In this document: piece after piece, positions 28,884 through 38,411 of the stretch
How the letters are laid out: each line of letters begins with the position of its first letter
Position numbering within the stretch: position 1 is the stretch's first letter
Assembly: GCA_963808235.1 (NCBI GenBank)
Contig: CAWEEQ010000001.1
Coordinates: 288,001 to 352,000 of the forward strand
From: an uncultured delta proteobacterium
GTDB taxonomy: Bacteria; Desulfobacterota; Binatia; Binatales; Binataceae
Length of the DNA stretch: 64,000 nucleotides
Direction of reading: 5' to 3'
Notes under the pieces: model-generated
What the model saw: only the letters and a program-made list of their open reading frames with translations
The model's database searches: none
What the model was told of the DNA's origin: nothing
Position numbers and translations under genes: made by a program

Positions 28884-31800
28884 CTACCAGATAGCCCTGT
28901 AGATACGGTGGGTTCCCGCAAGCCCTTTGAGTCGCACCTCGCCGACCTCCGTGAACCGGAGATCGCCGGCGCTGTCCGTCAAGTCATGCAACGTCGCGGA
29001 GACGAGAATCTCGCCGCCATGCGCCAACGCCGCGATTCTGGCTGCGAGAATTACCGCCTTGCCGAAGAAATCGTCAGATTCGTTTATGGTCTCGCCGACA
29101 TGCAACCCTATCCTTACCCGGATCGGAGTGGCGGCGTGTTGTTGGCAGTAAGACGCGAAGGCCCGCTGAATCGCGATCGCGCATAGAAGAGCGCGCCGCG
29201 CGCCGGAAAACGCGATCATGAAGCCATCGCCCATCGATTTGACTTCGTAACCTTTGTGAAGAGCGACCTGCTCGCGCACCATGGCGTTATGCGCGCGCAG
29301 TATTTCCTGGGCGCGGAGATCGCCAAGCCGCTCGAAAAGCGCCGAAGAGTTTTCCATATCGGTGAACAAGATCGTCGCCGTTCCATCGGGCGCCGCATGG
29401 GCGCTCAAGTCGCCCGGCTCGGCCACCGCTGCCGCCGCTACCGCATCGATCGAGCTCGAATCCGCGTTATCAACGGGCGCGTGGGCTGCGAGCGCAGCGT
29501 CTTCCGCCGAGCCGGTATCCGGACCATACGAGCAGAAGGTTCCGGTCCTGATGCTCTTCGCGAGATGCTTTCCCATCGAGGCGTTGCTCGCGGCGATTCT
29601 CTGGATCGTGGATTTGATCGCGCGCGTTATATTTACCCGCGCCCGCTCGGTGATCGCGGCCGCTCGCCGATCGCGCCCTGACAGCCCGGTCGCGCGCGCG
29701 AGTTCTTTTGTTATCGCGTCTGATTCGTCCTCCGCCTTCTGAGCGCGAGTCTCCTGGCCCAGGCGGCGGGCCTCTGCGATCTCCTCGCGAAGCTCCGCCA
29801 CGCGTTTTTTGTAAGACGCTTTTGCGCGCGCGTCGAGCATCTCGCCGGCATCGCCAAACGCGTTTTGCCGATACCCTTCGTCAAATCCGCGGGACCGCGG
29901 CGGAGTTGCCTCCTCGCCGTCGCCCGAGAATTCGCCCAACTGCTCACCGGCGTAATCACCCGGCGAGACCAGGTCGAGCACGTGAAATTCCTGCCCGGGA
30001 TATCGGATCAGATGCGCCAAATAGCCGAGACCCTTTGAGTCCTTCAGCCGTGACGTTTTGCCGTTCCATTCGATCGTCCAGACCTCGCCCTCTCTTCTCA
30101 GAATGTTCGAGCTATCGGTCTGAATTGAGCGCGGCGCCTCGGCGAGCGGACTGGTCCCGGGAAGCACGGCCAGCGAATTTCGAAGGGCGAGCGCCTTTTC
30201 TCCGAGCGACTTCAGCCCGCTGGCTGACGCGTCTTTGATCGCGGTATCGAGGTGCTCGAGCGCAAGCGCCCGATCTTCGCGGTTGCCGCGCCTGAGCAGC
30301 ATCGAAGCGTAGTCAAACAAGCTGTGCGCGAGCCACAGACGCGCGCCCATTCGGCTCGCGCTTTCGATCGCCGCCTCAAAGTGTCCCTGAGCCTGGTCGA
30401 AGTGCGACCCTACTGCCGCCAACCCGCCGAGATGACGTGCAACGGGTCCGTAACAGACGTGCACGTCGAGCAGCGCGTTGCGCTCAGCATAAGGCGCAAG
30501 CAGGTTGTACAAAATCCCGGCACGCTTCGTATCGTCCAGGTAAACGCAAACCTCGCTCAGAAGAACCATGGTCGCGTACCAGGCGTTATTGCGGGGAATC
30601 GATTCGAGATCATTACTCGTGATGTAGTCGAATATGAGCGATGTTTCGCGGCGCTGATTCATCTCGGCCCGGCAGAAGGCGAGCCCGCAGTTCGCCAGCA
30701 CATGCGACGGCCGTCGCGCTACGGCAGTGCGATAAATGGGCTCCACCTCCGCGATCCGTCCTTGTTCGCCGCGCAAAATCAGGGACAGGCTGTTGAACGC
30801 TTGCCTGATCGTGCGAAAGCGGCGTTCCATGCGGCGGCCAATCTCGAGGGCCTGGAAAGCGAACCTGTCCGCATCGTCCAGGCGCCCATCCATCAATGCC
30901 CGTTCCGAGAGTGCCAGCTGTTTCCATCCGAACGGCAAGCGAAGCTCGTCCGTCAATTCCGCGAAGCGCGCGAGGTCCGCATCCGCTCGAAGCACGTCGC
31001 ATTTTTCGAGCAGACTCAGAAATCGCATGTAGCGGGTCTTCAGGATCCAGAGTTTATTCCCGATACTCTCGGCGAGCTCGACCGCTTCGCTAAGATACGA
31101 GATCCGCTGCTCGAGGTTGTCCACTGACCAGGTCGCGACGTTGCCCCAGTAAAATACGTAGATCCTGGTCAGCGGGTCGCCGCTCTGTTTGGCGAGCTCG
31201 AGTGCCTCAGCCATCAGCGAATGCACGCGCGCATCGCGGCTCCATTGGAGTTCCGATCCTAGCCGCGCCAGCATCTTTGCCCGAATCCGAATATCCTGAG
31301 TTCCGCCCGAGGAAAGTGCGTCGTCCAGCATACTGACCAGAGTCTGGTCGACTTCGTTCTCGCTTGGCGTCCCGGCTCGACCGAGCGCCGCGCGAGCCAA
31401 CTTGTTGCCATCCTCGAGCTTGCGCGCGAGCCGGCCTGCTTCTTCGGATGCCTGCCTCGCCTGGCTGATCAAGCCGGAGGCCGAGAGTGCTTCGCTTGCC
31501 TCCATCAATAGATCGTATTGAAGTTCTACCGACGCGATGCCGCTGTTCTCCGCGGTCCGAAGAGCAGCCTGAAGCAGCCGGATAGCCTCCTCATAAGCAA
31601 AGGAATCCATCGCCTGACTCGCGGCGCGCCGCAGATAGTCGATCGTCTTTGCGGATTCTCCAGGCGTATGTGCCGAGGCGTAGTGTCGCGCGATCTCGGC
31701 AAGATGTGGCCCGGGGTTTGACTCATAGAGGCGCTCCATCGCCGATGCGGTTTTCTGATGCATCGCCGATCGCTCGCCTGGCTCAAGATCGCGATAGATC

Positions 31801-32948
31801 GTTTCCGCGGTTAGCGAATGCACGAAACGATAGGAGCCGAGTGCGGTTGCTTGTTCGCTAAGAAGTTCAGCCGCGATTCCCTGCCCGACGATATCGTGCA
31901 ACGGACCCGAGTCGAGTTCGGTGACCCGCTGCAAAAGCGCGAAGTCGAATTCGACGCCGATTACGGCGCCGATCCGTAGCGCATCTCGAACCGCGGGCGG
32001 AACCAGTGCAATTCGCCTTCTGATCGCGGCGCGAACCGTGTCCGGTATCGCGATCTTCCGTATCGACTCATGGCCCATGTTTGCGAGGTTCTGCTCGGCG
32101 AGCACGAGTCTCAGCGTTTCATTGAGAAAGAACGGATTGCCGCCGGTCGTGCGATAGAGCACCTCGAGGGTCTCTTTGCCAAAGCCGCCTCCGCCGCTCG
32201 CGCGGACAAACTCGCCCACGTCCTTTCGGCCCAGACCGTGCAGCTTGATCGTGCGTGCATCGCGCGAGATATCGGCCAGGATTGCGCCCAGTTGCGGTGT
32301 CGTTTTGATTTCGACGTCGCGATAGGTGCCGATCAAAAAAATCGACGAACCCCTCAAACTGTGCGCCACAAACCGCAACAGCTGGAGCGAAGCCGCATCG
32401 GCGGCATGCAAATCGTCGAGCACGACCAGCAACGGGCAGGATTCGGCGGTTCTCTTCAAGAGCCGCGTGGTCGCCTCGTAAAGGGCGAACCGCCCGAGGT
32501 CGGACTCTTCGGGAGCGATCGACGCGCGCACTCCTTCGCTTGTGCACGGAGAGCTTTCCGTTGGCCTCTCGATACCCAGAATCGCGACGGGATCCAAAGC
32601 TGAGTCGGGGGCGCGATCGCCGATACATTCGCGCAATACTTCTATCCACGGCCAATAGGGAGGCGAGTCTCCAGCTTCCCAACATCGCCCCCACAGCACT
32701 CGCATCCCGCGCGCTCGCGCGATTTCGGACACCTCGTCCGCGATTCGGGTCTTGCCGATACCGGGTTCGCCGCAGACTAGAAATACCTGTCCTTGTCCCC
32801 GCAGAGTCGACGCGAGCCCAGCCACCAGTTCTTCGCTTTCCTGAGAGCGGCCCACGAACGCCGCGGACGAGCGGGCGAGAAAATGCGACGACTCATGGCT
32901 GAGCTCAGAGCCAGGAGCGGTCGTTCCGGATGAGTCGCGGCTACTCAT
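28884..32948 (-). CDS. STAND (AAA_16) ATPase with TPR region and C-terminal class III adenylate/guanylate cyclase
   Basis: FVGR, GEPGIGKT (Walker A), LVVLDDLH (Walker B), GGNPFF, helical repeats, ERARVNITRAIK segment, then TILFTDMENS, KSMGDGFM, RIGLHVG, FFGKAVILAAR. Confidence 0.9.
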   Translation of the reverse strand: MSSRDSSGTTAPGSELSHESSHFLARSSAAFVGRSQESEELVAGLASTLRGQGQVFLVCGEPGIGKTRIADEVSEIARARGMRVLWGRCWEAGDSPPYWPWIEVLRECIGDRAPDSALDPVAILGIERPTESSPCTSEGVRASIAPEESDLGRFALYEATTRLLKRTAESCPLLVVLDDLHAADAASLQLLRFVAHSLRGSSIFLIGTYRDVEIKTTPQLGAILADISRDARTIKLHGLGRKDVGEFVRASGGGGFGKETLEVLYRTTGGNPFFLNETLRLVLAEQNLANMGHESIRKIAIPDTVRAAIRRRIALVPPAVRDALRIGAVIGVEFDFALLQRVTELDSGPLHDIVGQGIAAELLSEQATALGSYRFVHSLTAETIYRDLEPGERSAMHQKTASAMERLYESNPGPHLAEIARHYASAHTPGESAKTIDYLRRAASQAMDSFAYEEAIRLLQAALRTAENSGIASVELQYDLLMEASEALSASGLISQARQASEEAGRLARKLEDGNKLARAALGRAGTPSENEVDQTLVSMLDDALSSGGTQDIRIRAKMLARLGSELQWSRDARVHSLMAEALELAKQSGDPLTRIYVFYWGNVATWSVDNLEQRISYLSEAVELAESIGNKLWILKTRYMRFLSLLEKCDVLRADADLARFAELTDELRLPFGWKQLALSERALMDGRLDDADRFAFQALEIGRRMERRFRTIRQAFNSLSLILRGEQGRIAEVEPIYRTAVARRPSHVLANCGLAFCRAEMNQRRETSLIFDYITSNDLESIPRNNAWYATMVLLSEVCVYLDDTKRAGILYNLLAPYAERNALLDVHVCYGPVARHLGGLAAVGSHFDQAQGHFEAAIESASRMGARLWLAHSLFDYASMLLRRGNREDRALALEHLDTAIKDASASGLKSLGEKALALRNSLAVLPGTSPLAEAPRSIQTDSSNILRREGEVWTIEWNGKTSRLKDSKGLGYLAHLIRYPGQEFHVLDLVSPGDYAGEQLGEFSGDGEEATPPRSRGFDEGYRQNAFGDAGEMLDARAKASYKKRVAELREEIAEARRLGQETRAQKAEDESDAITKELARATGLSGRDRRAAAITERARVNITRAIKSTIQRIAASNASMGKHLAKSIRTGTFCSYGPDTGSAEDAALAAHAPVDNADSSSIDAVAAAAVAEPGDLSAHAAPDGTATILFTDMENSSALFERLGDLRAQEILRAHNAMVREQVALHKGYEVKSMGDGFMIAFSGARRALLCAIAIQRAFASYCQQHAATPIRVRIGLHVGETINESDDFFGKAVILAARIAALAHGGEILVSATLHDLTDSAGDLRFTEVGEVRLKGLAGTHRIYRAIW

Positions 32949-33118
32949 ATCTCTACAGCATGTCTATTACGCCAATTGCCTACGGCGAATCGACCACGCG
33001 AGATAGAATCGAGACTCGATTGAAAACGGATCGACAAGCGCTTCGCGGCCAGGGCCGCAGCACGGCGCAGAACCAGTGGCGCTGAAATTCAGTTCATCTG
33101 AGCAAGCGATCGATTCTT

Positions 33119-33625
33119 TTATTTGCGTCGACGAGATTTGCCCGCTCGCTTGGCACCGCGCGCGCCCGATTGAGCCTTGCGCCGAGCATCCTGCTCCTGT
33201 TTGTCGGTGTATTGGAAGAAGCGCTCGAGCTTTTTCAGCCGGCCGCCACTCTCTCGCATCGTGCGGGCCAGCGCCTCAAGTTCGGCAAGATTGCTGTTGT
33301 GGTACTTGATGATCGCCTGAAGACTGGAACGATAGAACTTCACATGCTCGGGCGGCATCAGACCGCGCGGTACGCTGAGTGTCTGGATAATCGTTTTGAT
33401 CGGGACCAGGACGGGATCTTCATTCTCCATTCCCGCTCCGTAGGACAGCTTGCCCTGATCCGCGGCGTGCTTCGCAACCGCTTCGTTCTTGTTGTGTATC
33501 TCGAGGAAGTTCGCATTGATCTTCGCCAAGGATTTTGCCGTGCGTTTTGTTAGCGGCAGGAACGACCGATGCAGATTGTCAAAATCCTTAACCGACTTTC
33601 CCCAGACTTCGAGATACCCAGCCAT
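33119..33625 (-). CDS. Hypothetical helical protein with basic C-terminal tail
   Basis: 168-aa ORF with GGGGA RBS and protein-like composition; no family recognised. Confidence 0.65.
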   Translation of the reverse strand: MAGYLEVWGKSVKDFDNLHRSFLPLTKRTAKSLAKINANFLEIHNKNEAVAKHAADQGKLSYGAGMENEDPVLVPIKTIIQTLSVPRGLMPPEHVKFYRSSLQAIIKYHNSNLAELEALARTMRESGGRLKKLERFFQYTDKQEQDARRKAQSGARGAKRAGKSRRRK

Positions 33626-33771
33626 AGTAAATCCCCCAGGAGATGGTCTACATGTTTTCCGAATTCACTTAGACATACTTTTCGCGCGGACGTGGCGCAA
33701 CTGTCGGTTTGGCAACTTGGTGGTTACGTGCTGAGCGTGTACGTTTTAGCGAACACTCGTATGTGAACGTC

Positions 33772-34035
33772 ATGTCTGAGTTACACACCACACACCTGGT
33801 TCTGAGGGAATTCAGAGACTCCGACGTCGATCCGCTGTATGAAATTCAGGGCAACCCGGATTACATGAGGTTCACATTCTGCGCGGAATCCCGCGCCGCG
33901 TGTGAGAGTTGGCTTCGTCGATATGCAGATGCTGGGCGGGTGGATGGCTTCGCTCCATGGACGATCGTGCACAGGTTGGACAATCGGGTGATCGGATGGG
34001 GAGGGTTAAACATCGACCCCAATGCTCCGTTTTAG
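33772..34035 (+). pseudogene. Truncated GNAT (RimJ/RimL-like) acetyltransferase
   Basis: LHTTHLVLREF...RVIGWGGL is the N-terminal half of Acetyltransf_3. It stops after 87 aa, before the acetyl-CoA-binding motif, and no continuation was seen in other frames. Confidence 0.7.
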
Positions 34036-34116
34036 TAACAAATGCTATACGGGTCTGACACGGGCTGTCGCCGAAGAAGCGCTCAGAATAATTTCTCGCC
34101 ATGGTCCGGCCTAGGT

Positions 34117-34133
34117 CTGGCACCGCATTAGCA
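34117..34133 (+). promoter_or_regulatory. sigma54 (-24/-12) promoter CTGGCAC-N5-TAGCA
   Basis: GG at 34119-20 and GC at 34131-32 with the exact 10-bp spacing and TGGCAC core, ~110 bp upstream of the VPEID-CTERM gene. Confidence 0.6.
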
Positions 34134-34240
34134 CCAACTCGCCCTATTATAGAACTGAATTTGGGCCCTTGTGACGAAGTTTGCGCAAGAAATTGCAAAG
34201 TGCTAGCGTTCGCCCAATTAATCGTTTGAAGGAGCAGTTC

Positions 34241-34429
34241 ATGAATCTTCGATTCGTATCAAATTTGACATGGACTCTTGGGACCTGCGCCTTGCTCTTG
34301 TTGGCGGGAATCGGGACCGCGTCGGCTTCTGCTGTTCCCGAGTTGGATCCCGGCTCAGCCGCCAGCGGAATCGCACTTGCGGTAGGAGCCGCTCTGCTAC
34401 TCGCCGAGCGCTATCGTCGACGCAATTAA
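34241..34429 (+). CDS. VPEID-CTERM sorting-signal protein (62 aa)
   Basis: AAGGAG RBS; signal peptide ending TASA; then VPELDPGSAASGIALAVGAALLLAERYRRRN (motif, TM helix, Arg cluster); adjacent to exosortase E. Confidence 0.85.
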   Translation: MNLRFVSNLTWTLGTCALLLLAGIGTASASAVPELDPGSAASGIALAVGAALLLAERYRRRN

Positions 34430-34466
34430 CTTCTGCGCTTAGAGTCGGGTGGGAGTAAGGGCGCCC

Positions 34467-36128
34467 GTGAGCTACGAATCCCTCCCCGGCACTGATGCGA
34501 CCTTCGACCAAGCCCGTCGAATCAACTGGGGTGCGACTGTTCGCATTCTGATCGCCGCGCTGATCATTCCCGAGCTCATTTGTTTTTCCCGCCCGATTGA
34601 CATAGTCGCCGTCGACGGCTCTCGCGGATGGTGGCTTTTCCTGCTTCAGTACCATCGAGCTTTCGCCGCTGTTTTCTCCACCGCAGCAATCGCAGCAGTC
34701 GTCTTCGGTTGGGAATCCTTCCGTGGGTCGATTGGCGAAGAGTTACGCGGACCAGTAGAGGATCCCATGACGCGCGCGGCTTTTTTCGTGCTGCACCTGG
34801 CAGCAGTTGCGTGCGTTATCGCGTGGGTCATAACGATCGTACTGAGCAAACGGCTGTATCCTCCCGGAGGCCTCGGGTGGTTCTTCGTCGGCGCGGGACT
34901 GTCCGCAGTCGCGCTGCTAAGCTGGTTCGTGGCGTTGCTGCCGGCGAGACTTTGGCTGCGATACGTCCGTCTTAACCAGGGTGTGCTGCTTGCCGCGATC
35001 GCGGTTGCAATCTTCGCGCGAATCGTTGCGTATACCCTCAACCTTTGGCAGCCGCTGATCGCATCGACGTTTTGGGCGGTTGACTTGCTCCTGCGGGTGC
35101 TCGGACAAACCACCTTCGTTGACTTCGACACTGCTCGAATCGGAACGACTCACTTCATGGTCGCGATCGGGGGCAGCTGCTCCGGGGTGGAAGGGATCGG
35201 CCTGATGTCCGTGTTTGTCGCGGGTTACCTGTGGTTCTGCAAGCGCGAGCTTCTCTTTCCCGCGGCATTGATTCTGTTGCCGGCCGGGGTGGTCTCGATC
35301 TGGTTTCTGAACGTAGTTCGAATTACCGCGCTGCTATTGATCGGCGGATGGTCCGAGAAGGTGGCGATGGACGGATTTCACACGGTTGCCGGTTGGCTTC
35401 TTTACACCGTCGCGGCGTGCGGAATCGTCGTCGTCAGCCGGCGCTCGCCGATATTCAGCCGGGCCGAGCCCGAGCCGCGTCGACTCGCCGAGCCGAATCC
35501 GGCGTCGGTGTATCTGACCCCGATGCTGACGCTCGTGTTGATCGCGATGCTGACCCGGATCGCGGGCGGAGGCTTTGACTTCCTCTATCCGCTCAAAGTA
35601 ATTGGCGCGGCTGCGGTGCTCTGGTTTTATCGCGATCGGCTGGCCGAGTTTCGCCGCGATTTCTCATGGTTCGCGGTGATGCTCGGTGCTGTGGTCTTCA
35701 TCGAATGGATCGTTCTGCAGCGGCGCTCGGATGTCGCCGTCGAGGACCTCAACTTCGCGGCTCAGCTCGGCAGTCTTCCGGTGTTGATCGCATCGTTGTG
35801 GCTTCTGTTTCGCCTGATCGGCGCCGTCCTCATCGTGCCGCTCGCCGAGGAGCTTGCGTTTCGCGGGTATCTGCTCCGCAAGCTGGTCAGTGCGGATTTC
35901 GCTCAGGTCGATTTTCGGCGCTTCACATTGCTCTCGTTTGTGGTGTCATCGACGCTTTTCGGACTGTTGCATCAGCAATGGCTTGCCGGCGTAATCGCCG
36001 GAATGCTGTTCGCGCTGGCGATGTATCGGCGGGGCGCGCTCTTCGACGCGGTCATCGCACATTCGACCGCCAACGCGATGCTGGCGGCGTATGTCCTAAC
36101 GACACATCGCTGGTCGTTATGGAGTTGA
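34467..36128 (+). CDS. xrtE: Exosortase E / CAAX-protease fusion (VPEID-CTERM system)
   Basis: Exosortase triad SCSGVEG, LNVVR and GFHTVAGW; C-terminal CPBP motifs EELAFRG, FGLLH and AHSTAN. Confidence 0.88.
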   Translation: MSYESLPGTDATFDQARRINWGATVRILIAALIIPELICFSRPIDIVAVDGSRGWWLFLLQYHRAFAAVFSTAAIAAVVFGWESFRGSIGEELRGPVEDPMTRAAFFVLHLAAVACVIAWVITIVLSKRLYPPGGLGWFFVGAGLSAVALLSWFVALLPARLWLRYVRLNQGVLLAAIAVAIFARIVAYTLNLWQPLIASTFWAVDLLLRVLGQTTFVDFDTARIGTTHFMVAIGGSCSGVEGIGLMSVFVAGYLWFCKRELLFPAALILLPAGVVSIWFLNVVRITALLLIGGWSEKVAMDGFHTVAGWLLYTVAACGIVVVSRRSPIFSRAEPEPRRLAEPNPASVYLTPMLTLVLIAMLTRIAGGGFDFLYPLKVIGAAAVLWFYRDRLAEFRRDFSWFAVMLGAVVFIEWIVLQRRSDVAVEDLNFAAQLGSLPVLIASLWLLFRLIGAVLIVPLAEELAFRGYLLRKLVSADFAQVDFRRFTLLSFVVSSTLFGLLHQQWLAGVIAGMLFALAMYRRGALFDAVIAHSTANAMLAAYVLTTHRWSLWS

Positions 36129-36172
36129 TGCCAGCGGGCGGCCGAAAATGCCGCGGATTCTATTAAGGATTT

Positions 36173-36248
36173 TGGAGCCACCCGCCGGAGTCGAACCGGC
36201 GACCTGCTGATTACGAATCAGCTGCTCTACCAACTGAGCTAGGGTGGC
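36173..36248 (-). tRNA. tRNA-Thr(CGT)
   Basis: GCCACCCTAGCTCAGTTGGTAGAGCAGCTGATT-CGT-AATCAGCAGGTCGCCGGTTCGACTCCGGCGGGTGGCTCCA; full cloverleaf with encoded CCA. Confidence 0.97.
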
Positions 36249-36353
36249 GCGCTGTCGCGTCTGCAACCTTAATCGGACTAGCAGATTAGCGAAGCTTGCG
36301 ATGCCGAGGAAGCCTTTCGGACGCTGAAAACCTGGACGCGTGACAGTTCTGCG

Positions 36354-37634
36354 CTACGGAGCGAAGCGATCCCGCGTCCAATCGGTCAGCACTTTCATCA
36401 GGCGCGGGCGTGGATCGCCGAGGTCGCCCTTCGTGCCGCCGGCCCGCATGAAGTGATCGGCGCCCTCGATAAATGCGAGCGTTTTGTCGCTCGCGCCCGA
36501 GGCTCCGAATTCTCCGTGCACGTCGGAAATGAAAATGTCCTGGTCCCCGTTGGCGCCAACGACCAGCGTCGGAACGATCACTTTGGGCAAGTTTGACGCC
36601 ATCTTCGCGTATGATGAGAGTCCCGACCAGGTCGATAGCCACGCGTCGGGCGTGACGACTCGGCCAAGGCCGAACGCCGAGTAGTTTGCGAGATCCGGCC
36701 GCGGCGAAATGATCGAACCGACTGCGCGCTCCGACTTATCGATCGAAAGGTCAAGGTAATTTGGATTGGCCTGAGTGCGATAGACGATCATGTAACGCGG
36801 CGCCATCGCACGCCGCGAAATATAGTTGCGTGTCTCAGCACTCGACGAGGCGAAGTCTTGCGCGCGCATCGCCGCGCGAGCGTGGCTGGCTTCCTCTATA
36901 TGTCGGCGAGCGATCGCGTCGATTCGAGCGCATCGCGCACGCTGCGCGGTGCGATATCGCTCCACGAAGTCGGGCGCATACCGGCTCTCGGCGGGCGGAG
37001 TCTTGAACCCTTTGCGCTCGTCGTAAATGTCGAGCGTCGGATCGCTCGCGAGCGGATCCGATTCGTCGACCACCGACGCGTCGAGACACGACATCAGAAC
37101 CATCCCCTGTCCCGGATGCGCCGCGAGCGCGATGTATCCATCGGTAACGGGGAGATCGAACTTGTTGAGATCAGGCGGGCCGCCACCTGGAGGCGATGCG
37201 ACTCGTCCGCCTTTCGCGGTTCGCGCTTGCGAGTCGTAGTAAGCGAACAGCGAGCCGCCGCCCGAATTTCCCAGCATCACGATTTTCTCGAATCCCTCCT
37301 CATCGCGCAGGAACCTGATTCCCGCGGCGAGATCGAGGAGCAGGTTTTCGTGAATCATCATGGCGTCGTTGTTGAGGTAGCGGGTGTTGAAACCGAACGC
37401 TGCGAATCCCGCATCGACCCAAAATGGAATCGAGTAGTGAGTGGAAAAGTCGGCGCGCGGATGCGCCATGATCACGACGGTGCGCGGTTTTCCCCGCGCG
37501 GGAGTGTAAAGGATGCCGCGCGATTTCCCGAAGTCGGCCGCATATAGATGTACGGGCCGCTGGTGGATGGACGAATCGATATCTCCGAAATCGATCGGAT
37601 AACGCGCCTGGTAGTCTGTTGGAGCCTTGGGCAT
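36354..37634 (-). CDS. Alpha/beta-fold hydrolase of unknown specificity
   Basis: GNSGGG nucleophile elbow, GDQD, GADH catalytic His, WLSTWS. Confidence 0.82.
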   Translation of the reverse strand: MPKAPTDYQARYPIDFGDIDSSIHQRPVHLYAADFGKSRGILYTPARGKPRTVVIMAHPRADFSTHYSIPFWVDAGFAAFGFNTRYLNNDAMMIHENLLLDLAAGIRFLRDEEGFEKIVMLGNSGGGSLFAYYDSQARTAKGGRVASPPGGGPPDLNKFDLPVTDGYIALAAHPGQGMVLMSCLDASVVDESDPLASDPTLDIYDERKGFKTPPAESRYAPDFVERYRTAQRARCARIDAIARRHIEEASHARAAMRAQDFASSSAETRNYISRRAMAPRYMIVYRTQANPNYLDLSIDKSERAVGSIISPRPDLANYSAFGLGRVVTPDAWLSTWSGLSSYAKMASNLPKVIVPTLVVGANGDQDIFISDVHGEFGASGASDKTLAFIEGADHFMRAGGTKGDLGDPRPRLMKVLTDWTRDRFAP

Positions 37635-37938
37635 AGCCGGATTTCGCGCACTAGCGCGGGAAAAAATCAATCTTGACCCATCGGGTTTCAGAAGCTCCCG
37701 CGAGTGTAGGCACATTCCGAGTCGAATGCAGGGATAAATTTAAAATTTCTTTAACAATCATTTTAACGCTGGAATCGACAGATTTCGGCGATGACGAACA
37801 AACTTAGTCTTCATGGGTTTACCTTTGCTACGTACAAAACGTTAAAAAAGTTGACACAACTCTGGCCAAAGAAGAATCTATTCAGCGAGCTATTCGGAAA
37901 CGGTGAGGTTTTTTGGCGATCACGCCTCGGGGCTTGCG

Positions 37939-38229
37939 ATGGGTCGGGTTAACCATCTGCTGGCAGCATTGACTGTGAGTCTTCTCCCAATGCTGACAAG
38001 TTCGTCCTGCACCGCCGATTCCACTGAATCGGGCAAGGGTGTTTCCGTTGACGCGGGTGCGTCGAGCGCGGACGCGCCGGTTTCGGATCCGTCGGTGATC
38101 GTTGGCGAAGCGCCGACCCCGGTCGCCACTCCGTCAGCATCGGTACTATCGCAGCCACGAGCGGGAAACTTTCCGGCCGACAGGCCCGACTATTCGAAAC
38201 CGGCAAACCCCGGCCCGAGGACACCATAG
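37939..38229 (+). CDS. Putative small exported low-complexity protein
   Basis: Hydrophobic N-terminus ending SSC, Ser/Pro/Ala-rich body; weak support. Confidence 0.35.
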   Translation: MGRVNHLLAALTVSLLPMLTSSSCTADSTESGKGVSVDAGASSADAPVSDPSVIVGEAPTPVATPSASVLSQPRAGNFPADRPDYSKPANPGPRTP

Positions 38230-38411
38230 TTACAATCGCGCGGGCGAAGCGGTTTGAGGAGACCGCCTCGCTGCGACTCCGAAACTTTCGATTGAAAACA
38301 GGAGATAGACGGGCTTGAGAGCCGAGCCCGGAACAAGAAGCGGAAATCGTTAAAGGCATCGTAAAAACGGAGGAGCGAGGATCAAACAAGCGGTCCTCGC
38401 GGGGGTGAACA

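Noticed and set aside
34030-36248. attL/attR duplication of the tRNA-Thr 3' end
   Set aside because: No copy was seen near the putative junction; the TTGGAGCCAC match at ~20387 is short and lies inside a CDS.
38190-38300. c-di-GMP-I riboswitch (GGCAAAC seed)
   Set aside because: The GAAA tetraloop stem and GACGCAAAG elements do not follow; an Rfam search would settle it.
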